From contig NC_068992.1 of assembly GCF_001194135.2 (NCBI RefSeq), forward strand, positions 53,915,723 to 53,979,398: DNA of 63,676 nucleotides, given 5' to 3'. Under the pieces are notes generated by a model. That model was not told the origin of the DNA. It did no database searches and worked only from the letters and a program-made list of their open reading frames with translations. Positions 1 to 12,660 of this stretch are shown here, in pieces. The translations under genes were made by a program, and so were the position numbers. The DNA is from Octopus bimaculoides (lineage: Eukaryota). Each line of letters begins with the position of its first letter. The first letter of the stretch is position 1.

Positions 1-70
1 GTAGCAAGTTTTCGGTCTATCCGAGGCTACAGTAAAAGATACTAACCTAATATAGAACCGCACTATCTCA
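1..70 (-). mobile_element. SINE family B fragment (octopus-type, 5' portion)
   Basis: ccgaggctacagtaaaagatac resembles the 'ccgaggctatagtagaagacacttgcccaagg' segment of a cephalopod SINE recalled from memory; degenerate and truncated by the window edge. Confidence 0.5.
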
Positions 71-74
71 AATG

Positions 75-1600
75 TTTTCACAATAGCATTTTCCTTTGTA
101 TATGTATTAAGACACAAATTAAAATTTTAATGTCTCCAACAGGCCTATTACTAGAGATATTATTTCAGCTTTTAGATCCCCTCATTTTGGCTTCATCTAT
201 TTCTAGATATTCATAGTTTAAGAATGGTTTAAAATGTTGGTACAAGGCGAGCAATTTAGGTGAAGGGATAAGTCAGTTGCGTCGACCCAAGTACTCAAAT
301 GCTACTTTGTTTATCAACCTCGAAAGGATGAAAGGCAAAGTCGACCTCAGCAGAATTTGAACTCATAACTTAAAGACCGACAAAATGTTGAGCGGCATTT
401 CTTCCGTCTTTTTGTTAGCAATAGAGAATCCCCTTCAATCAGAAATTACTTTCTCTTCACGCGGACCTTGAGAGAAATATCCGGCAGTTAGCCTCCATAT
501 CACACTCTATGTAGATTGATATGACCCAGATTAAGTTCCTTGAATATATCTGTGGTGCCTTTCTCTTCTGTATTGGCATTTCGCAACGCCAATTCTGTCG
601 TTTCCGTAGATATTTACCTTGTTGGCGTAGTAGTCAAAGAAAATACTGTTAAGAGTTTCTCCTCTCTCTCGTCATATTCGTCACGTAATATAGTCTGCAT
701 CGTTATATACTTTTGGCGGTTTATGATAGACAGGCTTCGATAAATTGTTGCAATCAAAAACGCTCCTCGCACTTAACATTGTGGCCTGCAGTTTTACAGC
801 TTATACGGTGATTTTTTCGCCTACTTCTATAAATAATCTTTATCCTCAAGTATTTACCATATAAAGGCTTCCCTACTCATCGTTTCACAATAGCACTCTG
901 TAGCTCCATTTTAGCTTAGTCCTTAGATTTTTCCGGAATTTCTTCTGTTACTTCGCCTCTATTCTTGTTGTGACCTTTTGACATTTCATCCTCTCTTGTA
1001 TATATGTTGACTCCTATGGAGACAGAAGACAGGTTTTTTTTACTTGTTTTTGTCTGTACTGTATAATTATTTGTACAAGATTCTAGTTATTCTTTGTTAG
1101 ATATTTATGTAATTCTTTACAAAAAAACTCCGATGGTTTTTGAAAGCCATTTGTGATAAAAACAATTTTCCTCTTCCAATTTGAGTATATTGCATTCGAA
1201 ATACAGGTCATTGTGTTTCATTCTTTCTTGTATACTTTTCTTAATTAATTTAGCTTCTAGTTAGGAATATTATAACTATAACTAATTACTGGAATGGCCA
1301 TACTATTGATGTTTATCATCTGGGTTTACTCTGCAGTTAGTTCTGTTTAAGTATTAATCTGACGCGTCTGCATTACTCTCTAAACTTTTCTTTCGTTTGC
1401 AGCTCATTGATTCCTAATTACTCGTGAGTTTGTGTTTGTTATAATTTTTTTTTTATCTCGTTTCTTTATCTAGAACGATATTTTTCTTATTAATTACTTT
1501 TCTTCTCTTCAAGTATGCCTTGCAGCATATCTTTTTGTTTTGATTTTTTTTTTTTCTTTTCCAAATTCAAGTTTGATTACAAATCTAAAAATGAAGCCGT
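75..1600 (-). mobile_element. Decayed R4/Dong-clade non-LTR retrotransposon (RT C-terminus, thumb, CCHC region, restriction-like endonuclease), split by a SINE at 224-420
   Basis: Colinear minus-strand peptide remnants with frameshifts: LEFG (1560-1571), LGINE (1403-1417), RRVRLILK (1346-1370), INSMAIPVISYSYNI (1266-1313), KPLYGKY (850-872), RCRL (691-702), PDISLK..FLIE (434-484), LEI..KM..IISLVIG (140-210). Confidence 0.75.
224..420 (-). mobile_element. tRNA-derived SINE family A (tail type i) with fold-back 5' end
   Basis: Diagnostic core gaaaggatgaaaggcaaagtcgacctcagcagaatttgaactca; B-box-like GAGTTCAAATTC on the minus strand. Confidence 0.9.
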
Positions 1601-1799
1601 GTATAATCTATAAGGATACTTATAGTTTTTTTTTTTTTTTATCCTCGGACTCTGATTATTATTGTATTTTCGAGTGTTTTATTTGAGTCTCTAACGCACT
1701 TCCGTATTGTGTAGTGCCGTGATGCGTGTAGTATGATATATCTATGGTACATATATGGCTTAATTGTAGCGTTTATTTTGTTGTTTTCAATACGATTTT

Positions 1800-2100
1800 A
1801 TTATTTCATCAGTTGAGTAAAAGAGTATGGGTTGTTCTATATTGTTAGGTCGTTTTATTTTAAGTATTTCATATATGATGCGGGATTGGTGTTAAGTATT
1901 TTAATAATAGAAGTTCTGTTGTGTAGAATATCTATTGTCTTTGGCTGTATTCTGTTACCCGGTGAATATTGAGATGAAAGTGATCTGTGTGGCATATTGA
2001 TATCATAACATCGATTAGAGATTACGCATAAGTATTGCGTAGAATGTGTATTCTCTTATATGTGTTGCCGTGATCATAATATCGAGGAATCGGTGTTCTT
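1800..2100 (-). mobile_element. Possible Penelope-like element RT C-terminal relic
   Basis: Minus frame reads RFLDIMIT..TFY..SIFTG*..RYSTQQNF, loosely like the PLE pattern FLDI..YRKPT..SIPYGQ..RICS; many stops. Confidence 0.3.
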
Positions 2101-2174
2101 GAGAAAAATTTCACTTTACCCCACGTCTGCCTAACCAGTTATATGTGTACCAAGCGGATGCTGCTAAATAAACT

Positions 2175-2178
<4 letters not shown>

Positions 2179-2261
<83 letters not shown>
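2179..2261. repeat. (TC)n microsatellite
   Basis: Pure dinucleotide run. Confidence 0.98.
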
Positions 2262-2264
<3 letters not shown>

Positions 2265-3429
2265 ACTATTCCGCTCTTCCGTTCCGGATGTGCCACTTCG
2301 TCGTGTGTTAGGGAGCCGAAAGATTTCCTATGTGTACTTCAATACATAATCACATGAAACAACCGAAATATAGTGCGTGTCATCAATCCATATTTGATTT
2401 GCTCACAACGAATGGCTGTTTGTACTCAGTCCACAGCGGTGATAATTCCTCTGTACATTGCGCATCAAAACGGTCAGTTTAAATTACTCCGCAATTGACA
2501 AAACAGCACAATACACCTATTAGAATTCAAATCTATATACACTCGCTGAAGTAATATCACAATGCAGTTTAGATAAATTATTTACGCCCTGAATGTGTCA
2601 ACGAATAAAGGTCTTTTGACTACAGCAAACCAAAACCACGATTCAGACCTAAACATAACGCATATGGTCAGCATAGCCGCGCCTGTGTCCTATTTCACTA
2701 GTAAATTGTAGATAGCTATAGTTTCTAGATAGCTGGCCTGAGCTAGCTCGTCATAAGCTCTTTGGCCAATAATATATACTTGCCTCTGCTCACGGAGATT
2801 GAAATGTTTTTAAGTATTTTTGCATATTTTTGCACCTGTGTTAAGACATGTTTATATAATTTCTTTATATATTCCTTGGTTATCATTTTCGATGAATTAC
2901 TGATGGGCTGAGAGATAGATGGCAAAAAAAAACAACCAATGTATTTCAAAACATATAATATATTTATAAATATCATCTTCAAAATATTCATTCTTTTTCT
3001 TTTGTGTAAGTTACAAGTAGAATATTTCACGTTCTTACACTACATTAATACACCGCGCCCATATAAGTGGAATACCACACGTTTTTATACCACATTAATA
3101 CACCACACCCTCGATACTGACGTTACATATATATAATCTTCATGAAGCAGCTGTTTCACCATTGTTCTTTCAACAAAAGAAAGGTACAAGAAATTCCATT
3201 AAGTATAGATGAATATCTCACCATCTTGTGCATAACATAGATTGTCAGTTGACGGTTTTGGTGAGAGTATCAGATATTTGCAGATTCCCTCAGCTATCAT
3301 CACAACAAACAGACCCATTTCACACCATCATGCTGATATCATCGCGAAGACCACCCTTATTAAATAACTACCGAATTCTACCAGATAAGAACGAAGCAGC
3401 AAAAGACTTGATATCTGATTTCTTGATGT

Positions 3430-3615
3430 GCTGAAATTATCGGCTACATCTTTTTCGTATGGCTCCTTAATGTCTAAAACCACGAGAACACATGGGATAA
3501 TATAATTATTGATATACTGTTCTTGAGAAAAAAAATAACTTATGATTGTCATCGTTGAAGTATCTTTGAACTTAGTTCTGTTCGATCGGAGCTGATATAT
3601 GGATACAAAATAAGA
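3430..3615 (+). mobile_element. Degenerate SINE family D copy
   Basis: Weak match to the copies at 34345/39205 (cacat-ggataat..tgatc/gaactt..ctgttcgatc) ending in an A-rich tail. Confidence 0.4.
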
Positions 3616-3876
3616 AAAAATTAAAAAAATAAAACCAAAACCGTAAGTTGAATTTTAAGTTTGAGAGATTATTCGATGCTGTATCTAGTATATCAGGATA
3701 TCACATAGAAAATATGCTGTTGGTTCGAGTTTGCAAGTAGGAACCAACACTGACAACCCATTGAGTAGATTGAAGAAAATAGAGTTTGCTAAGATGAAAT
3801 GATGAATGATTGATACAAACTTACAATTCAATAGTTGGGAAAGAAACCACCATTTTACAAACAACGGCCATTACAT

Positions 3877-3908
3877 TTCTCTCTCTCTCTCTCTCTCTCT
3901 ATCTCTCC

Positions 3909-3948
<40 letters not shown>

Positions 3949-3955
3949 CTATCTC
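3877..3955. repeat. (CT)n/(ATCT)n compound microsatellite
   Basis: Direct inspection. Confidence 0.97.
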
Positions 3956-4365
3956 AGTTTATTCCCCTTTCTGTTTATTTCTTCGTTTTATATCTTCTCA
4001 TGCACGACTATATGGATATTTTCGTATTTGTAAATACGTATGTTTAAAAGTGTGCGCGTGTGGGTGTCTGCGTGTGAGCGTGAGGGAGAGTGGTCTTTGT
4101 GCGCTTGTAGATACATAAATACTAGCAAAAACATGCACACACAGTAATTATAGAAAATAGGGGTTCAGATGAGCGGCCGAGTAACCTCCTTAGCTGTGCA
4201 CAAAGACACGGTATATCAACCCACTACCAATAAATGAATATCGAAGAGATCAATATTCATAAATAACTGATTTTTGGTGGAATACAGAATAACCTTAAAA
4301 CAGAACATTGTTAACGCACAGGTAATTCATTAACTGAACTTGCAGGAAATATAGAAAAATAAACA

Positions 4366-4546
4366 GACCGTCAGTCCTACGGACGGACAGACTGACGGAC
4401 GGACGGATAGACAGACAGGCAAGCAGGCAGGCAGATAGACAGATATACAGAGAGACAGTCAGACATACAGACAGACAGACAGACAGATAGATAGATAGAT
4501 AGATAGATAGATACGGAGAGAGAGAGGAAGAGAGAGAGAGAGATGA

Positions 4547-4596
<50 letters not shown>

Positions 4597-4680
4597 GAAT
4601 GGATGGAGAGACAGAAAGACAGAGAAATGGAAAGTGAGAGAGGAGGGAAGGAGAGAGGAGGGAAGGGGAAAGGAGAGGGG
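4366..4680. repeat. (GACG/GACA/GATA)n compound tetranucleotide repeat plus GA-rich purine tract
   Basis: Direct inspection; gagaggagggaagg occurs twice in tandem near 4637-4666. Confidence 0.95.
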
Positions 4681-5069
4681 ATTTTAAGTATGGCAACGAA
4701 TATATTGACACAACTTTTAATAGAATACGAAGTTTAAGAAATGCCGGCAGCATAGATGGTATTCAACTATGTATCTCCTTCAACGAACGTGACTGTTCTT
4801 TAAAAATCACCATTGTTAAAACTCAGCAAGGTCTTTGATCATAGAATCATACCAAAAATTATAGATTTTTTTTTTTTTTTTTTTACTGATCTCCGATAAA
4901 TTTGCATTGCGAATACACTTTACATGTTCTCGTCATAAACATATTCGTTAAGTTAGTGTTAACACCTTTAATACAGGCAGATGTAAAATGTTAACTACAC
5001 GTAATTATGTGGCGAGGGTAAGGAATGAAAAGAAAACACTAGTCGCTAACTAAAGTTTTGAGGTGTTAT

Positions 5070-5103
<34 letters not shown>
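5070..5103. repeat. (CAT)n microsatellite
   Basis: Pure trinucleotide run directly 5' of a SINE. Confidence 0.97.
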
Positions 5104-5104
<1 letters not shown>

Positions 5105-5108
5105 TACT

Positions 5109-5225
5109 AAGGCTGTGTGCTTGCAGAATCGTTAGCACGCCGGGAGAAATGCTTAGCGGTGTTTCGTCTGCCGCTACGTTCTGAGTTCAAATTCCGTCGA
5201 GGTCGACTTTGTCTTTCATTCTTTT
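5109..5225 (+). mobile_element. SINE family A, 5' half
   Basis: gcagaatcgttagcacgccgggagaaatgcttagcgg...gagttcaaattccgtcgaggtcgactttg: A-box/B-box-like tRNA head. Confidence 0.9.
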
Positions 5226-5424
5226 GTCCTGTTTTCAGGCCCGGATTTTATTTTTAAGATTTTAAGGTCAAGTCTTTTGCATACTTCTTCCGATGTATAT
5301 GAAAATAGTGGATGATCGACTTGTTCCATCTTGTTGTACCTTATATCACAGTTAAAGTTTGCTCTACTCTGAATTTCTAAAACACAAATTGTTTGTTTCT
5401 TGGATGGATCTCAAAATTATATTT

Positions 5425-5504
5425 ATATATATCTTCATTTATATATATCTTGATTTATATATATCTTGATTTATATATATCTTGATTTATATATATTTTG
5501 ATTG
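5425..5504. repeat. 16-bp minisatellite (ATATATATCTTGATTT)x5
   Basis: Three perfect central units, two degenerate outer units. Confidence 0.95.
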
Positions 5505-5863
5505 AGCAAAATATATGATCAAATGAATTCTAAACGGGACCATCCCGTCTGTATTTTTTTTGTTCATAACGAATGAGGCAATATTATTGATTGTATTGTC
5601 CCTTTTCAGCTTCCAATGTAATTTGTGAGAGCCTTGGCGCTTAATTTTACTCGGAAAATTCCAACCTGATGTTTCCCTTCAAATGTCACATGCTAGACTT
5701 TCCACTCTGTTCACAGAGTAATAATACAAGGGGAAATATTTTAAGCGCCTTAGTTTGGTGCTTTATCATGTGTGATAACTCAGCAGTACACCCTACTTGA
5801 AGTTACAGAATAGACTTTAATTCTGTTTTAGATTTGATATTTTGACAACATTAGAAAGATAAC

Positions 5864-5864
<1 letters not shown>

Positions 5865-5927
<63 letters not shown>

Positions 5928-5951
5928 ACGTGCGTGTGTGTGTGTGTGTGT
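5865..5951. repeat. (TA)n(TG)n compound microsatellite
   Basis: Direct inspection. Confidence 0.97.
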
Positions 5952-7029
5952 ATCAACTACGGTTTATCAAGAGTTAAAGCAATGAAGGTCAAATGAAAAG
6001 CACACAAAACTGAAACCTAAACCAGCTCATTGATTCTGCTAAAGGAAGATTATCTCAACTGTAAAATATTTGCTATGAATTGAAGTATTTTATATTTCTT
6101 TTACAGCTGTTTGCATCAAACCTTTCTCTTTATTTAACCAGTAGATCTTATGCGTCTCTGTATTTGATTCTATATTTAAAACGCTACAGCTTATACTCGT
6201 ATTCACTGCAATACGTAGATAAGGTTTACAGCCAAAATGTCACAAGTTCTGTATCATAACCTCGATGATTTACATTGATGTCGCCCACGTCAGAATCATT
6301 TAGGCTTTAATATAATGTACGTTACAATAAGATATCTGTTGTTCGTATGCCAAATTCAACTGACTTTTATCCACATGCTTTTCATTGACTTCCCTCTATC
6401 TTTTGTTCAAAGCCACTATTTCATTCAGAGGTTAACTATATTGAACATATAGTTTATCTTTTATTCTGGTATCTATCAAATTTCAGATTGACGGATCCTT
6501 GTTTGACTTAGTCATATAATACACAATCAAAATTATAATACTCCTTGCAATAATATCAAGAATGACCTCATTTTCGTATCCAAATTATCAGTTATCCGCT
6601 AAAGTATTCATATTTATCACACCATGTTTTGCAATTATATCAACTACAACTATTAGCAATCACTAATATATCCCATTATCAATTCTGACAATGCATAGCC
6701 GAAGGTTGATATTCCAAAACCTTTCATACATTCTATAGATACAAACACTATAATCCCTTATATTATCTCAAATAACGAAAACTATCCATCAAGAAATATA
6801 CTCATATCATATTGAATGTTGAATTGTCAGAGACGATAAAACTAACGGACAACTGGTATTATAGATAATTGACTTCGTCTATACTACTTCCAATATCCAA
6901 TTGCAGTTGTGCTTGAAGCTTCATTTCAGCCTTGTTGACGTACATAAGATGAGATCTAATAAATATTTTACTTGGGCCCATTCAAACAATGTAACCTCAT
7001 AAAACAAATGCCTGCAACCGAAGAAAGAC

Positions 7030-7146
7030 ATATATATATATATANNNNNNNNNNNNNNNNNNNNNNNNNNNNNNNNNNNNNNNNNNNNNNNNNNNNNNNN
7101 NNNNNNNNNNNNNNNNNNNNNNNNNNNNNNNNNNNNNNNNTATATA
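7030..7146. other. Assembly gap (N 7045-7140) within (TA)n
   Basis: N run flanked by TA repeats. Confidence 0.99.
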
Positions 7147-7383
7147 TAAAAGATAATAAGAGTGAAAAAACTACAGAAGGCTTGTGTTACATGGTTAAAG
7201 TATATATTTAAATTATGTCAGAAAAATGTTATAAAATTGTTTGGATATATAAACATTGTATTTGGAGAAATAACCGGTTTCGTGTTGTTTTTTCAAATTT
7301 CTCTACTTCATTGTAACATGTGTTCGCTCCCTCTCTCAATACAAATAAGTATATGTACGTATGTGTGTTAGTGTGTTGGTGTA

Positions 7384-7405
7384 TGTGTATACGTAAATAG
7401 ATATG

Positions 7406-7444
<39 letters not shown>

Positions 7445-8103
7445 GCATATATATATGTATATATATATATATATGGATATATGTGTGTGTGTGTGTGTGT
7501 GTGCGTGCGTGCGTGTGTGCGTGTGTGTGTGGAAAGTAGATGAGAGAGGAACTACTAATGTTCTTTTTCATTCTTGGGCTCATTTAAAGAACTTTACTTT
7601 TACTGTGCAATAATACTTGCGCCGGACGAAATCCTTATATATATTCTTTACATACAACATTTACATTTGAAGTAATATCCTTCATTACGCTCATAATACG
7701 AAGATGGCGCTCTATCATTTAATACAACAGCCTCAAATTTCTATCTACATCATACGAATACTGTTCTCTCGTATACACGCTTCATGTGCATAATACACAT
7801 TGACATAACTAGATATAATTGCTTTATATAATTGGTTATTGGAGATTTAAAACATCGACACTTCATAGAATATTTTACAATAAACATCCATGCGTAACTC
7901 AAAATAAAAACTAAATGACTCCATTTATATATATATTTCTCTACTCCATTTTGTTTCTTTTGACACAAGATACACGCTTCTCTATCTCTCAAGCGTCACT
8001 CTCTACTATCTCTCTCTCTTCGTAATATATATGAATATACATATATATATATGCATATATACAAACATATATATATGATATATATGTAAATATATTTATA
8101 TAC

Positions 8104-8145
<42 letters not shown>

Positions 8146-8378
8146 GCACACACACACATACATCTCATTTGTTTGGAATAGTTATATAGTGAAGATCTTA
8201 CTAAACATTAAATTTCGTTCCACGAGCGATGCCTACATATAAAAATATATTCAAATATTCAATCGCATACGCTAGTACATACACACATACACACACACAC
8301 ACACATACTCACGCCCACACACAAATATAAACTTAGCAGTCCTCAGTGCGTATAAATTTTGTGTGCGCGTATGTGTGC

Positions 8379-8421
<43 letters not shown>
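7384..8421. repeat. Cluster of (TA)n, (TG)n, (CA)n, (GA)n microsatellites (7384-7530, 8025-8160, 8280-8421)
   Basis: Direct inspection. Confidence 0.93.
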
Positions 8422-8424
<3 letters not shown>

Positions 8425-9339
8425 ATCACTAATGATATTTTAAAGTGAGACTTTTCGATTTGTCTCTATATGTGAAAGCGTGCAGCGATTCTCTACTAAA
8501 TTCATATTCCCTATTCTTGAACGACCTGCCCTCACATTGAGCCTCAGCAGATGATTTTAAAAGGTTTAACGCCCACCAATTGCAATTGTTTATTATAATA
8601 CTTCAAATGTGGAGCTGTGGTCCTTGCCTGCTTATTTAGTCAAGACGATTTGCAGCTCTCTAGATTTGAACAGCATGAAATAAGTGACACGAGGTCACGG
8701 GTTTGTCGTTTTAATAGTTGGAGGCGAGATCTATGATGAATGACCACGTTGGCCATGTGCTGTTTGACGCAATATAACGCCAGCGGAACTAATGCGAGTC
8801 GGTATAGATTAAACGAATATACTACTTATATATGCGTGTTTATGGAAGTCAGAATATCTATCTGTCTACCATCTAACTTCTCTTCACACAGACACACTCT
8901 CTCTCTCACACACAATCACACACACATATATATATATATATGGTTCTTGCATATGCGAGTTTGGCGGTGCGTATCATGTATTTGTGTGAGTATATATGAC
9001 TAATGCTCACAGGTGTACTTTGTAAATTAAGTTTCAAAGCCAATCTTGTTATTGCGTTACTGCAATCGTTGTAGGTAGCCGTAACTATAAAGGTGAAAGG
9101 AGGTCTGTTAGTTCGTATTTGTCAATGTCAGCTATTCCTTTAATGATGACTTAGGAAAGGTGTTAATGCTATAAGTATAATCTATGGACTCTTGTATTTC
9201 ATGCAGTTTCAGTGTTATCCGACGCTCTGCAACTGTTTCGACGCAAATTTCGAACTAATATGTGAATGTATGATAATTTCTACTTGCGTACAATATCCTA
9301 CTTTCCTCATAGGAGATTGTTATCTTCTATCTGTTATCT

Positions 9340-9430
9340 TTTGCGTGTTTCAGTCATTGGACTGGGGCCTGCTGGAGCACAGCCTTGTAAATTTAACTCG
9401 AACAAATTCACCCCAATATTATTTCCTAAT
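9340..9430 (-). mobile_element. SINE family B 3' fragment
   Basis: tgtttcagtcattggactggggcctgctggagcac matches the copy at 26835. Confidence 0.65.
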
Positions 9431-9689
9431 TAACTTTTCGAAAAACACTTCAATGAGTAAGGTCTTCTCTATCCTCATTCTGGCCTTTAAACGCCCGTAC
9501 GATCTAAACAATTCAGGCTGTTCTCCGAATCAAGCCGTATTTTTTTTAAAAGCTGTTAAATATATACTACATGTTGAGTTCTCTAATCTGGAGTGGTATT
9601 ATTCGGATTTAAAGGATACGAAATTAATTTCAATAACAAAATCAACCACAGCAAAAAGTTTAAGCATCTGTAAACAGTGTACTGGAGCC

Positions 9690-9850
9690 ATGAGAAACGT
9701 TTGGATATTACGATCGTCTGTCTTTACGTTCTGAGTTCAAATTCTGCCGAGATCGACTTTGCCTTTCGTCCTTTCGGGGTCGAATTAAGTATCTGGGGTC
9801 GATCTAATCAACTGGAAACCTCCCCACAAAAATTCAGGCCTAGAAAAGTA
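9690..9850 (+). mobile_element. SINE family A (tail type ii)
   Basis: tctttacgttctgagttcaaattctgccgagatcgactttgcctttcgtcctttcggggtcga core. Confidence 0.9.
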
Positions 9851-10562
9851 TGTTGTGACAGTTACAGAATATAGAAAATGTTAGGAAACTAACATGTGGG
9901 AAAATAAATTAAAACTGTAAAGCAAAATAAAAATAATAGAAGTAGTAAGGAATGGTAAGAACATCATTTCAAGGTGCTATCATAATCCACGGTGTTGCAT
10001 GTTATGGTAAAGAAAGTCCCTTCCAGTAGAAATTTCCGCAGGCTGTGAGGGTTACATCGCGTTTCAATTATACCGGGGAAATTACGAGGGTAAGACGTTG
10101 TGGAGTGAGTTTAATGGTATGTTCTATGTCATAGGGGCCAGAAGTAAGAGGCTCACTGCTATTTAATAGAACATCATAAAAGGAATTGGCAGAATTAACT
10201 TAACTTGAACCTTTTTGTGACAATTCAATACATAAGTGTATCAATGGAAGAAAAATTAGGTAAAACCAAGGGCGATGTTATTACTTGTTACTTATGAACA
10301 GAAAACTAATCCATAGAGGTATTGGGATTAGGGTAGAACCTCATGGTACACATAGCTGTAAGAGTTTAGTATTTGTACATTCATTTGTTCTTATTTGTTT
10401 ATTTTCATTTATCAATTTATTTACTTATTTATTTGCTTATTTCATTCGTTTATTTGGATCACTTGAACATATGATTATAATCAATTAATAAATAGATATA
10501 ATGGATTGTTTACAGGGTGATGTTTGTCGATTATTTACCTTCTCCGTTTTCTTATTTGCCTT

Positions 10563-10690
<128 letters not shown>

Positions 10691-12419
10691 ATAAGGATGC
10701 CTCTGTGTGTGTGCCTGTGAGTGTGGGTGTAAGTAATTGAAATGTATCGAACCGCCTACATACAAATCTATCGATTGCTATAGTAACTACGTATTGTATT
10801 ATAAGGTAGATGTATGTGTCTTCTTATTTGGCACTTCTATGTGTGGTCTGAGAAACGATTGCGATAAATAGAAAATGTGTTCCGTGAAGCCGGAGCATTG
10901 AAGTGTGTGTAATGTAGCTGGTTGTTTCACTTCAATAAGTATGCCAGTCGTTCACGATAACCCGCTGAATATCATTAAATTGATATACTTGCTAACATTT
11001 CTCTGATAATGCATTTCTGCTCCACCACCATTTAATTTTCCAATAAGCCCAAGATGTCTCCTACGCAAACACTTGCAAATGCCTAATTTATGTATTTTTG
11101 CTCCCTCTTTCTCCACCCTTATCTCATCACACATTAATCAATAGCGTTGTTCCTTTAATTTGCTTACATTCGCAATTGATTTTGAATTCATCGATACGTC
11201 TTCAGCAAAAGGAATTGTTCTTAGAAGGATGTTAGAATGAGGAAGAATCGGTAATATTTTCAATACAGTTGTAATCTCTACTCAACGAGGAAGGACGCTG
11301 TTTATTGCTATTCGTTAATGCATTTATATACGTATATATAATATGATATGCATATCGCATCTTTCTGAAGCTACTGTAACGAAAGAACATTTGAGATTTA
11401 ATACCAATATGTGGACCGTTATTGATTAAATCGTGAAAGGTGCATTGTTGCATCTTTATAGAATAACGCAAGGTATTGATAGGATATACTTTTCTCTATT
11501 CATGTTCCTTTTCATTTAAATTGCTCATATTATTAAACACGGGCGTCATTGACGTACGATTAGACAACGAATCTTCATGTATAATATCTGTGCTCTTTGT
11601 TTTCTTTTATATATCTAAATATTACACAAAAAGCGTTTGTCATAAAAGAAGACATTATATCATAGGGTATGTATTTTAAATATCCGACTGTTGTAGTAGT
11701 AGTTGTTTTTGTTGCATTAGCTATCCAAATACATAATCTCACATTTCGTGAAAGCCGTCAAAGAATGTGAATATATAATTAGCTTAGAAATATAAGTTTC
11801 GAAAGTTAGATGTGTCAGCTAAGAAATAATTGACACACATTATCGCTAGAAACTAGTCTGAACTACATCCGATCCAATCCAAACACAAGTCTTTCTGTCA
11901 CATTACAATGCTTATATTTTGCGGGGAAAGGGAAAGAGAACGATTTATCAGCATTTTGAACCCATTGAGTTTTGTTACTGGCGAAATAAGTATTTCTACA
12001 AAGATTGGCAATATTTATTTCAGCATCATGAATAAACTTATATCAATATTTGAATGAAATACAATACATCAGAGCAGTGAACAAGATAATAATAAAAAAA
12101 TCCTTTTTAATACTCTATCAACAATATGTATGTAAACTATTAACAGTTCTATAAAAACATCATGTATGTACAATAAAAGGGACAACATTAAAAGGGAGAT
12201 TCGAAGGCCTATTAACTGATGATTGCAATCTATAATCCTACTAAGGTCACCGACAAATTCTATATAATCTAAATATGCTTCTTCACATTTGCAAAAATAG
12301 GTATAGATTTTATTTATAAAAGTAAATATGTAATTCTACCGCCAATATTCATTTATTTATGACATCGCATGTGTGAAAAAGGTTGGACTGTCCCGTCGAA
12401 GAGGATGTGCCAGAGTTCA

Positions 12420-12657
12420 GATTTTTCTGAACGACCAATACAAATGATTTTTATAGTGATCAACTACATGTGCTGTACGATAACTCATTCCCTCCATCAA
12501 ATCGACTTGCCTGAACAGGTGCACGGTGTGCCACGTGTCAAGTGTCGCAGGACAACGTGAGATTAAATGTGTTGCTCAAGAACACACTGCACCAACCCTT
12601 CTTGGAATTAAAACTACGATCACACAATCGTGAGTGCAACACCCTAATCACCCACCA
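12420..12657 (-). mobile_element. tRNA-derived SINE family C (CORE-SINE-like)
   Basis: Minus strand reads a tRNA-like head then gtgttcttgagcaacaca, resembling the CORE domain; alignable to 19785-20102. Confidence 0.75.
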
Positions 12658-12660
12658 ATT

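Noticed and set aside
9192-9734. 180-aa ORF
   Set aside because: TTG start, spans SINE fragments, no domain signature
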